From positions 1-30,393 of the IMG/VR virus record IMGVR_UViG_3300007973_000016: 30,393 nucleotides of DNA. The stretch is one strand, 5' to 3'. Origin of the DNA: a virus (Duplodnaviria > Caudoviricetes). The notes below the pieces were generated by a model that saw nothing but the letters and a program-made list of their open reading frames with translations, did not search any database and was not told the DNA's origin. Shown here in pieces: positions 9,592 to 17,742 of this stretch; positions within the stretch are counted from its first letter, which is position 1, and each line of letters opens with the position of its first letter. The position numbers were made by a program, and so were the translations under genes.

Positions 9592-9924
9592 TTACTTCTT
9601 GGTTGGAACTGGAGCCGCAGTCTTCACGGATTCAATCGTGGTAACCTTGACTTCAACGGATGGTTTGCTTTCCGCAAGTTGCACACGACGCACCTCCGTT
9701 ATTGGATGATACTCGTCCAAGAGCCCCTGCAGCCCCGCTTTTTTTTTGAACTCTTCAGCGTACTCCTCCTTAGAGATCTCGCGGCATCCGCGAGCTTTCA
9801 GGCGGTTGTACTCATCTTGGCTGTCGACCTCTGTGACGCCATAGAACTTATGGTTGTACTGTCCGGTGGGCTGGAAGTTGATAGCCTCGTCAGAGGCCAT
9901 TACGAAAAAGTACTTCTTCTCCAT
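9592..9924 (-). CDS. Hypothetical protein with internal A9 tract (possible recoding)
   Basis: Fills the gap in the operon; ATG at 9924 preferred over TTG at 9960. TTC AAA AAA AAA GCG at 9750-9736. Confidence 0.7.
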   Translation of the reverse strand: MEKKYFFVMASDEAINFQPTGQYNHKFYGVTEVDSQDEYNRLKARGCREISKEEYAEEFKKKAGLQGLLDEYHPITEVRRVQLAESKPSVEVKVTTIESVKTAAPVPTKK

Positions 9925-9956
9925 GGCAGTTATACTTCTATGGTGGTAGCTGTCGG

Positions 9957-10253
9957 TCAATCACGAAGGCTGTCATCGCTCTTCTTGGAAGTACCAGGGT
10001 TCTTCCATTCATCGATGCGTGCTCTAATCTTTCTCTCAACCGTAAACGCTAGTGATACAGCTGTCAGAAACGACACCACAACGCCAAGCCCAAGAGCGGC
10101 AATCTCAAGTATACTGTGAAGCATTCCAGACTTTGATGCAGCGATAGGTGCTGCGGATGCGATGAACCCAACTATCCCCTTCGATAGAACGCGGGTTGCA
10201 TCATCTCCTCCATTGTCCGCCGAAAACAGCGCGTTGATCATTGAGCGAATCAT
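9957..10253 (-). CDS. Holin-like membrane protein
   Basis: Hydrophobic segments (GIVGFIASAAPIAA; ILEIAALGLGVVVSFLTAVSLAFTV), charged C-terminus, and ATGA coupling to the upstream lipoprotein gene. Confidence 0.55.
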   Translation of the reverse strand: MIRSMINALFSADNGGDDATRVLSKGIVGFIASAAPIAASKSGMLHSILEIAALGLGVVVSFLTAVSLAFTVERKIRARIDEWKNPGTSKKSDDSLRD

Positions 10254-11044
10254 ACGTTGAGTCGTTGTCTGCGTGCCTCGATCAGTCGCTTGAAGTTGGC
10301 GTCACCAACCTCGGTGGCGTCCTTCAGTTCACCGTCGAGAATGCTGAGAACTTCTTTCGCTGAGTATGTGCGCTGTGGGCTTTCCTCAGCCGATATCTTG
10401 AGTCTCTTCCTGGCGTTTCCAACACCCTTCACTGCAGCATCGAATGCGGACTTTCCTACAAGCCCAAGCAAGTTTGTGAGCGATGGGATCTTCGATATCA
10501 GGAACGACGCGATGGCTCCCAGTACCGGAATTACCGCAGGGCAGAAAACAACCAGGGCTACGAGGCCTCCGATCCCAAACGTACTCATCGTCCAAGCCCA
10601 GATTCGCTTCCAGGTGGACTTAGCCTTCTCCTGCTCATAGAGGCGACCGAGCTCGATGAGCTTGGCGTTAGCCTGGTTGAGCTCAACCTCGAGCCTCACG
10701 CGCTCCTGGAGCCACTCCTGCTGGAGTTCCATGCGACGCTCTAGGGCATCGATCGCGGCCTTGTTGGTGGCGAGGATACCGGCGACATCAATGCGCTCGG
10801 ATGGCGTTCCCTCGATCTGCTGATCTCGCTGCAGAAATTTCTTTGCAAGATCTGTCGGCTTGTTTGTTGGAGCAAACGACAGCGCATCAAGGGCACCAGT
10901 CGTAAGTGCCTTTGATTCCTCTACCAGCTTCTCCTCCACCTTCTCAAGCGCGACAGTCTTTGCAGCTTGTTTGGACGTGGCTGGCTTAGTGAGGATGCAC
11001 CCACAGAGCATTGCCAGAATGAGTATTGCTATGGCGTGTCTCAT
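10250..11044 (-). CDS. Lipoprotein with coiled coil and C-proximal transmembrane segment; unimolecular-spanin-like
   Basis: Real start likely ATG 11044 (MRHAIAILILAMLCG-C lipobox), because the upstream extension overlaps a terminator. Coiled coil, then hydrophobic FGIGGLVALVVFCPAVIPVLGAIASFLI. Confidence 0.6.
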   Translation of the reverse strand: MRHAIAILILAMLCGCILTKPATSKQAAKTVALEKVEEKLVEESKALTTGALDALSFAPTNKPTDLAKKFLQRDQQIEGTPSERIDVAGILATNKAAIDALERRMELQQEWLQERVRLEVELNQANAKLIELGRLYEQEKAKSTWKRIWAWTMSTFGIGGLVALVVFCPAVIPVLGAIASFLISKIPSLTNLLGLVGKSAFDAAVKGVGNARKRLKISAEESPQRTYSAKEVLSILDGELKDATEVGDANFKRLIEARRQRLNV

Positions 11045-11047
11045 AGG

Positions 11048-11085
11048 AAAAAGCCCCCACCACAACTTTGCGCTGTGATGGGGGC
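11048..11085 (-). terminator. Intrinsic terminator after the capsid decoration gene
   Basis: Minus strand reads GCCCCCATCACA-9 nt loop-TGTGGTGGGGGC-TTTTT: a 12-bp stem with one G:U pair followed by a U tract. Confidence 0.8.
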
Positions 11086-11133
11086 CGGCGTCTGGGTGCC
11101 GGGAGAGGGACAGCACCCGAGAATTACTATTGG

Positions 11134-11559
11134 TTAAGCGGCCCAGTTAGTGCCATCAAGGCTGATGAGGCGTGAAACGCCCTTGGCAGCAAGGCTTAGC
11201 GCGGCGTTAGCGGAACCACCATTGATCGACCCACCAGAGGCGGGATAGATCTTCAGGATTCCAGCGCCAGCGTTGTAGATGACGAGCTCTGTTCCGGTAA
11301 CGACAACCGGCATGACAACACCCTTGGTGCCGTCGCCACCGGAGACATTGTAGACCGGGACAGCGCCCGACACGGCACCAGCATCAGCCTGAGTGCTTCC
11401 GGCAGAAGCCAGCGAAGCAACCGATCGGATGGACGGTGCAGCGTGGGATGCAGACCGCTCGAAGATAACCTCGGCGGCAAACGTACGGCGACCAGCCTCA
11501 CGCAAGGCAGGAACCTGGGTGACGCCAGTCTGGGAAGAAGGGACTTGGGAGTTAGCCAT
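11134..11559 (-). CDS. Capsid decoration / head-fibre-like protein (141 aa)
   Basis: Directly after the MCP. A/G/S-rich beta protein with LASAGSTQADA and LKIYPASGGSING motifs. Confidence 0.6.
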   Translation of the reverse strand: MANSQVPSSQTGVTQVPALREAGRRTFAAEVIFERSASHAAPSIRSVASLASAGSTQADAGAVSGAVPVYNVSGGDGTKGVVMPVVVTGTELVIYNAGAGILKIYPASGGSINGGSANAALSLAAKGVSRLISLDGTNWAA

Positions 11560-11583
11560 AAATCAAGGAAGTGAGAGTTGAAA

Positions 11584-11618
11584 GGGTGAGGCCACCGGGG
11601 CCTCCGATGACCTCACCC
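11584..11618 (-). terminator. Strong hairpin / weak terminator between MCP and decoration gene
   Basis: Minus strand reads GGGTGAGGTCATCGG-AGGCC-CCGGTGGCCTCACCC-TTTC: a 15-bp stem whose two G:U pairs work only on the minus strand. Confidence 0.65.
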
Positions 11619-11628
11619 AATTGGTTGG

Positions 11629-13428
11629 TTAGGCGACGGTGGGAGAGCACTGCGAGACAGTGACGCTCGGGCAAGCATCGCTGAAGTTCTCGATCACCGT
11701 GTGGCGGTTGGCGTTGCCGACCTGAACCTCGATGGTGCGAGAGTTCAGCTTGTAATGATTGATGTTCGGATCAATCACGCAGTTGTAGAGGTTGTCGGAC
11801 GTGTTGGTCTGGCGGGTGACAGACCGGGATCCGAGAACGCCGACCAGGATGTCGGACCAATCGACCGCCCACAGCTGACGAGCGCGGTTCTTGGTACCAG
11901 AGCCAGCACCGAGGCTCTGCGACGCCGCGATGCGATCGTCGAAGAACGTGTCGGTGAAGAACGCGATGCTGACGCCCTGGTCGGGCAGGTCGTACTTGTC
12001 GTACTCGAAGACGAACCGATTCGTCATGTTGTCGACGACCTTCTGGTTGGTCTGGAGGTTGATCTGGATGTCGGCCGATCCGTACTTGGACTTGTAGTAG
12101 CGGATCATCAGATCGCGCAGCTTGGCCTTAGTGAAACGATCACCCATGAGGTCAATGGTCTCGATCGAGGAGCCATCGTTTCCGCGCTCGCGCTTCAGGT
12201 TGTAGGCGAGCTCCATGAGGGTGTCGACGTTGAGCGCACCACCGTTGAGGTCGAGCACCTTGCCGCACTCGCCCAGCTGGGTCCGGATGCCGAGGGTGTT
12301 CGACTTGTACTCGAGCGGGCACCCCGGGTTGGTCACGTCATCGATGGTCGGCAGGTCGGTCCAGGTGGACAGAGTCTGCTTGTCGCTGATGCGCTGACCG
12401 TAGAACACGGTGTTGAAGTACCACTTCTGCATCATCATCTCCTGCTGCCGGCGCTGCTCGGCGATCGGGAGGGTGCGGAACTTCTTGAAGAACTCGCTGG
12501 TGAGCGGGGCCTCAAGCGCCTTGAGGTACTCGTCGTTGTACTGATGCGTCCAACGGTAGGTCTGACGCCAGTACTCAATGAGTCCGAGATTGTTGATCGC
12601 CGGCTGCTGGTAGCACCAGGCCTCCTTGTCGCTGACCGAGTTGGTCATAATCAAGGCGGTGCCCTTGGTGACCTCGACAGAAGCAGCACGAGCCTGAGGA
12701 GACGGAGAACCACTGGTGTTCGCCTTGAACGTAGCCCACGAAGAAGCGGAAGCCTCGTAGGACTGGAACTCGGTCGGGGCAACGATGACGTAGGCGGTGT
12801 TCGAGTCGCCAGTCTTACCGACAGCACCGACGACGCGGTACTGGTTCATCAGACCCTGGTCGATGTTGCCACCACCAACGAAGGTCTGCCAGGCAGCGCC
12901 AACGTGACGAGCGGTCGTCTCAACCGAGAGGTACATTCCGGGGAGGAAGTACTTCTCGATGTTCTTGATCGCGCTGCCGAAGCCGCCGGTCGAAGCGGTC
13001 ACGGTCAGATACCAGGCCGTAGCCGGGAGTCCGGTCGGGAACGCGGAAGCCGGATCGTTCGGGGCGCTCGCGGAGCCCGCGCTGATCAGGAAGTAGTTGA
13101 TGTTGACCATGTGGCGGCGAGGCACCAGACGGTATGGAGCAATGATCGACTGATCCTTTCCAGGGGAGCCCTCCTTGATGGGGGCGTGGCGGGAGAGGAT
13201 CAGGTCCATCAGCGAACGCTGCGGGACGCCGACGAGGCGGGCCTCCTTGGTCTGGGCGATGATGCGATCCATCCCGACCTCCTTGAAACCCTGGGCAGCG
13301 AAGTCGTCCTTGGTGAACGGACGAATGTCGGCCCGGGTGAGGGAGCATCCGGTGGAGCCATCAACGTCGAAGAACAGCGGAGTGCAGTTATTGGCGTTGA
13401 AGCCTGGGAACGTGGTTTGTGCGGGCAT
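11629..13428 (-). CDS. Major capsid protein (599 aa, enlarged)
   Basis: Order is portal-scaffold-this gene. Strongest codon bias in the window, AAAAGGA SD-like sequence, flanking hairpins, and FYGQRI...TLGIRTQL resembling HK97-fold backbone segments. Confidence 0.8.
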   Translation of the reverse strand: MPAQTTFPGFNANNCTPLFFDVDGSTGCSLTRADIRPFTKDDFAAQGFKEVGMDRIIAQTKEARLVGVPQRSLMDLILSRHAPIKEGSPGKDQSIIAPYRLVPRRHMVNINYFLISAGSASAPNDPASAFPTGLPATAWYLTVTASTGGFGSAIKNIEKYFLPGMYLSVETTARHVGAAWQTFVGGGNIDQGLMNQYRVVGAVGKTGDSNTAYVIVAPTEFQSYEASASSWATFKANTSGSPSPQARAASVEVTKGTALIMTNSVSDKEAWCYQQPAINNLGLIEYWRQTYRWTHQYNDEYLKALEAPLTSEFFKKFRTLPIAEQRRQQEMMMQKWYFNTVFYGQRISDKQTLSTWTDLPTIDDVTNPGCPLEYKSNTLGIRTQLGECGKVLDLNGGALNVDTLMELAYNLKRERGNDGSSIETIDLMGDRFTKAKLRDLMIRYYKSKYGSADIQINLQTNQKVVDNMTNRFVFEYDKYDLPDQGVSIAFFTDTFFDDRIAASQSLGAGSGTKNRARQLWAVDWSDILVGVLGSRSVTRQTNTSDNLYNCVIDPNINHYKLNSRTIEVQVGNANRHTVIENFSDACPSVTVSQCSPTVA

Positions 13429-13470
13429 AGGTTATGTCCTTTTCGCCACGCATCGTCACCCCTTGATACA

Positions 13471-13528
13471 CCCGTAAAAAGAAAACACCCGCAGTGCCCG
13501 ATTTTTTACGGGAATCACTGCGGGTGTT
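13471..13528 (-). promoter_or_regulatory. Terminator-like hairpin with a competing/pseudoknot pairing between scaffold and MCP
   Basis: Perfect 13-bp inverted repeat at 13484-13496/13516-13528, followed on the minus strand by TTCTTTTT. A second, interleaved 10-bp inverted repeat lies at 13471-13480/13503-13512. Confidence 0.7.
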
Positions 13529-13545
13529 GTGTATTTTACTTAATG

Positions 13546-14877
13546 TTACAGACCAAGGATAGAGATTATCTCTTTTCCAGGATGAGGACCATCATCAGTT
13601 TGATTCGATGGTACAGGCCCAGGAGATGCGCTGGACGAAGCGCGAACACCAGTAACAGGCTTCGGTTCCTCTGCCGGTTTGGTATTGGCCTGAGGACGCT
13701 GCCTTACAAAGCCGCGCTTCACAGCGGACTCTTCCTCGGCTTTAACCTGTGATTTTGCAGATTCGACCATGTGTGTCTGCAGCATGGTGAGCACGTCGTC
13801 ATTGTTGAATGTCCACACTCTTGAAGTGTCTTTCCCTGAGGACGCTAGCTCAGCGAACTTGACTGGAGTTACAAACTGACGTCCATCGCGGATCTTGTTT
13901 TCTCCGCCCTTGGCATCGAAGACCGCGCTCTGATGACCGATGAACTCCATGAGCCACTTGTGACGGCCCGCCTGATCCTGGTTCTTCGGCTTTGTGATGT
14001 CGTCAACCCCCTCGGCAAGTCTAACCCAGTCCGATGCGAGAGCGACGGCGCTTTCCTTGTAGCGCCCAAACACATCCTTTTCGAGCGGATCTTCTGATGA
14101 TGCAGCCTTCTCGAACGACTCGGTAAACTGAGTTACCTTTCGATCGATGAAAGGTGTGACACGAGCCTCACGGGCCTCACGCTTCGCCGCATCGATCTCA
14201 GGCTGCAGATCCTTGAGGGCTTCGCGCTTGGCCTCGTCGATGAGGCGAGCCTTGCGGATCTTGTCGCGCTGACCAGGAGCCCAGTTCGGCTTGTTCTCCT
14301 GGATGAATGTCGTGAACTCATCGTCGTTCTCATCGAACGTGCGATCAGGATCGTCCTTGTGGTCATCAACCCACTTGTCGACCGACTTGTAGAAGTCGAG
14401 AAGTTTCTTGGAGTACCCCTTCTGGGCTGGATCTTTCTGCTCGAGATACTTCGCGTCCTCGAGCTCTTCGATCTGCTCGTCGACCAGGCCGGTTATGTCG
14501 AGCTCGTCGGTCTTCTTCGGATCAGGCAGCGCAGGAACGGTCTGCGTCTGGGCCTGCGTCTTGATATCAGCCAGGTGGCGCGTCAGAGCGTCGTCGAGCT
14601 CCTTCTTTATGTCAGGGCGCTGCTTGACGCCGGCCTTGACGGTGGCTGGCTTGGTTTCTGCCGGCTTCTGATCGGCCTGCTTGGTCTCGTCAGTCTTCTT
14701 CTCTTCGACCGGCTTGATCTCTGGCGGCTCATTCTTCTGAACTGCCTGCTCGGTCTTAGCCAGAATCGATAGATCCTCTGCGAGCGAGGCCAGCAGAGGA
14801 TCGTCGATAATTCGAGACTGAGGTTGCGTTTGTGTTTGGTCGCCTTGGGCGGCTGTCTGTGTCTGATCGTTGGGCAT
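13546..14877 (-). CDS. Capsid scaffolding protein
   Basis: Between portal and MCP; charged, helical, with low-complexity termini. ATG 14877 is preceded by AAGGAGAGG. Confidence 0.7.
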   Translation of the reverse strand: MPNDQTQTAAQGDQTQTQPQSRIIDDPLLASLAEDLSILAKTEQAVQKNEPPEIKPVEEKKTDETKQADQKPAETKPATVKAGVKQRPDIKKELDDALTRHLADIKTQAQTQTVPALPDPKKTDELDITGLVDEQIEELEDAKYLEQKDPAQKGYSKKLLDFYKSVDKWVDDHKDDPDRTFDENDDEFTTFIQENKPNWAPGQRDKIRKARLIDEAKREALKDLQPEIDAAKREAREARVTPFIDRKVTQFTESFEKAASSEDPLEKDVFGRYKESAVALASDWVRLAEGVDDITKPKNQDQAGRHKWLMEFIGHQSAVFDAKGGENKIRDGRQFVTPVKFAELASSGKDTSRVWTFNNDDVLTMLQTHMVESAKSQVKAEEESAVKRGFVRQRPQANTKPAEEPKPVTGVRASSSASPGPVPSNQTDDGPHPGKEIISILGL

Positions 14878-14894
14878 TGTCCTCTCCTTAAGTA

Positions 14895-17126
14895 TCACGA
14901 TGTGGGAATCTGCGACTGCAGAGTCTCACTTGGAATCGCTGCCGCCATCCCGGGCTGGGCACCCATGACAGGCGAAGCGCCCTCACCAGGAGGAGGCTCT
15001 ACGGTCACGTCCACGCCAGCACCAGACTGACGGATGATGGTGTTGATGATGTCAGCGAGCTTCTCCTTAGTCAGCATCGAAAGAACTGCAGGCTGCATCA
15101 GAACGCCGAGCATTTGGGTGAGCGTCTGGGCTCCCTGGATGTTCGACGCACGCTCGGCACCGTCGCGGCTGTTGAAGATATATTCAGCAACCAAGTTCTT
15201 CTTGGTGCCGATCACCGAGAATTGGATCGGGTTCGATCCAGGCATCATCTCGGCAGACTCCTCATCAGCGATCGTGAATCCAGCCTTCTCAGCAACGTCG
15301 CGGCGATACCGATTAACCACCGGCAGGTAGATATCCTCGGTGCCAAGGCTGATCAGGGCGTTGTAGAGATATCGTTTCAGCGCGGAGCGACCTTCGTCGA
15401 CGGCGTCGGAAATGAACTGGTAGATGTTCTCAGTGGTGCCGGCAATAATCTGAACCTCGGTCGCGGAGGTCTCACGCGGGCTTTGCTGACCCTGCTCCTG
15501 CGGAGACAACGCCATCACCCGCTCGGCCATCATAATCGTCTGGCTGATCGAGTTGATGATCGTGTTGAGGTTCGTGTTGGGAGGCTGGCGAATGATTTTG
15601 AATACGTTGTCCAGGTCGACTCCGAGCTCGCGCATTTTCGTGAGCGACACCTCTAGGATCGATGTCTGCGCGAAGAAGTTGTCGTTCCGCATCGCGTCGC
15701 GGAATGCGTCGAGCGCCTTCTTTGCGGTCTCATTCTCCACCGGGAACGCATCGAGGTTGAGCATCGCGATTCCGAACAGGTCTCGCTTCGCGCACTCGAG
15801 CAGTTGGCTGAAGAGGTTCGACAGCTGGTCCTGGAACGGAAGGAGCTCGTGAGCCATCGACAGGTTAACCAGACGTTGCTGGCTGGGGTTGAACGAGAAC
15901 ACGAATCCCGGACAGTCGGGCATGATCTCGGCGGCGATGACGTTCTTCGAGTTGGCGATCACCAGGTGCAGCCAAACGGGGTGCGGGTAGTCACCCATGC
16001 GCCATTCGTTCGGCCGGATCTTCCAGTAGAGATGCGTGACGTAGACCGAAGAATCGCGCATCTGCGACGTGTACCGGTCCATCTGCGCCTTTCGATCGTT
16101 GTGCGAGGCGATGTCCTCGCTGTTAACCGGTGGCGAGATCTTTGTGTAGTACTGACTGAAGTAGCTCGAGTACGACTGGAACCAGGAAGTGGCGTCGGGA
16201 GAGTAAGTGATGTCCTGGCGGTTGAAGTAGGCTGGGTTGTCCAGGATCTGTGAGTACCGAAAGATGTCCCAGAATCCGAACCACTCACAGCCACTATCGC
16301 TGTTGATTGAGTGGATCGGGTGAGCGACATCGTAGAACACGCGACTTGGATGAGGCGTGATCATTGGCACACCCTCCCGCTTCACGCGACTCTTCGGCTT
16401 AATCTCCTTGTCCTGAAACTCTTCTGCCTTGTCGTCATTCTCGTCGTACCACTCGATCTCGCGATCCCACTTCGCCGCAGGGAAAGCGACAACGTACGGG
16501 TACAAAAGCATATCGCGGATCCACTGGATCTGTGAAGAGCGATATCCGTACTGATCCGCCATGATGTCTATCCGCTGTGAGAGGATATCGGCACGCAGCT
16601 TGTCGGCCTCGGAGGTGCCACGGGGCTCGAACTTGAAGAACGGGTAGAGGTTGGTGAATCTGGCGCTCTGAGCGGCCACACGGCGGCTGATAATCGACCG
16701 TAGGAGGTTGATGTTGACCTCGGTAAACTTCGGGAGGTCGATCGCCTTGGGTCGACCGCCGTCGTACTTCACGAACTGGTCAGCGCAGCTGAGATCCTTC
16801 AGCTGAGTAACGCACCGCTCCATGTCGATGCGTTTCTGGGCGTATAGGACCAACGGTATTGTTCGACGGGTGATGGTCGAAGAGTCCCATGCGAGGTCTA
16901 CGGCAGCGTACAGGTGACTTGTCCGCAGTGTCTGCAGGATCGCCTCGTCGATTCGGTTCTCAATGACTTCCTCGATCTTCTGTCGGACTCGGTAGTCGGC
17001 CAGGACGTTGTCCCTAAGCTCTTTCGGAGCATCGGCAGGAAGCCGCTCCGGAGCCGCCGTGAAGATCTCTTTAAGACGATCCTCGTGAGTCCCGAATTTG
17101 TTGAGCAGCTTGTAGTTGAGTGGCAT
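14895..17126 (-). CDS. Portal protein (743 aa)
   Basis: Size typical of P22-like portals, PRETSATEV motif, ELLPFQDQLS helix, and position upstream of scaffold/MCP. Confidence 0.85.
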   Translation of the reverse strand: MPLNYKLLNKFGTHEDRLKEIFTAAPERLPADAPKELRDNVLADYRVRQKIEEVIENRIDEAILQTLRTSHLYAAVDLAWDSSTITRRTIPLVLYAQKRIDMERCVTQLKDLSCADQFVKYDGGRPKAIDLPKFTEVNINLLRSIISRRVAAQSARFTNLYPFFKFEPRGTSEADKLRADILSQRIDIMADQYGYRSSQIQWIRDMLLYPYVVAFPAAKWDREIEWYDENDDKAEEFQDKEIKPKSRVKREGVPMITPHPSRVFYDVAHPIHSINSDSGCEWFGFWDIFRYSQILDNPAYFNRQDITYSPDATSWFQSYSSYFSQYYTKISPPVNSEDIASHNDRKAQMDRYTSQMRDSSVYVTHLYWKIRPNEWRMGDYPHPVWLHLVIANSKNVIAAEIMPDCPGFVFSFNPSQQRLVNLSMAHELLPFQDQLSNLFSQLLECAKRDLFGIAMLNLDAFPVENETAKKALDAFRDAMRNDNFFAQTSILEVSLTKMRELGVDLDNVFKIIRQPPNTNLNTIINSISQTIMMAERVMALSPQEQGQQSPRETSATEVQIIAGTTENIYQFISDAVDEGRSALKRYLYNALISLGTEDIYLPVVNRYRRDVAEKAGFTIADEESAEMMPGSNPIQFSVIGTKKNLVAEYIFNSRDGAERASNIQGAQTLTQMLGVLMQPAVLSMLTKEKLADIINTIIRQSGAGVDVTVEPPPGEGASPVMGAQPGMAAAIPSETLQSQIPTS

Positions 17127-17401
17127 TATTTCTTGAGTCCTTGGGCTCGAAACCAGTCCTGCTCACGCATATGGAACAGTAGTGCTGCGTGAGACGGAAA
17201 GAATCCGTGATTCATCCATTGGCGAAGCTGACGAATGTTGATGGCGCATGAGACTGCAAGCTCCTCCGGAGTCTCGCCAAGCAGTCGGCACGCTTTCTTG
17301 AAACGCTCGATGCCCCATCCGTCCCATACCCCAATTTGTTGATATCGTTTTACCGCACGGTAAGTTAATGGGTTTTCGGTTTCCTTAAACGATCGGATCA
17401 C
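17126..17401 (-). CDS. Small HTH (Cro/XRE-like) protein
   Basis: FKKACRLLGETPEELAVSCAINIRQLRQWMNHG fits a helix-turn-helix pattern; coupled to both neighbouring genes. Confidence 0.55.
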   Translation of the reverse strand: MIRSFKETENPLTYRAVKRYQQIGVWDGWGIERFKKACRLLGETPEELAVSCAINIRQLRQWMNHGFFPSHAALLFHMREQDWFRAQGLKK

Positions 17402-17676
17402 TTCTTTTTTGCAAACGCGATCATCACTGCGGCCGGCCCCTTTTCTGGTGCGGCCGCTTCGGATTCCCCCATAGATTCCTCCTCAGCCATAGGGGACTGC
17501 TCCTCTTCGGCGTACGCTTCAGCACTCTTGATTGAAAATGTGGCCTGCTCAGGCGTCATTTCATCCATTGATGCGGTGACCTCGAACTCGCAGGTATCTC
17601 CAGGCGATTTCTTCGAGAGGTAGTCTTTCAGTTCATCATTGCCCTCAAGGGAAATGACCATTTTGTTGGGGCTCAT
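17398..17676 (-). CDS. Acidic hypothetical protein, first gene of the structural operon
   Basis: AGGA upstream of the ATG, ATGA-type overlap with the next gene, E-rich tail. Confidence 0.7.
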   Translation of the reverse strand: MSPNKMVISLEGNDELKDYLSKKSPGDTCEFEVTASMDEMTPEQATFSIKSAEAYAEEEQSPMAEEESMGESEAAAPEKGPAAVMIAFAKKK

Positions 17677-17742
17677 ATTTTTCCTGGCTCCTTGCTAGGT
17701 ATGTTTGCCTTGGAATAGGGTAACTGGAGAGGAGAGTCAACG

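Noticed and set aside
11045-11116. N-terminal extension of the spanin-like ORF
   Set aside because: It spans a terminator hairpin, and the signal peptide begins at ATG 11044.
11701-13752. 683-aa plus-strand ORF antisense to the major capsid gene
   Set aside because: A shadow of the strong C/G-ending codon bias of the MCP; it has V/L/G/D/R-rich composition with no motifs and crosses the intergenic hairpin.
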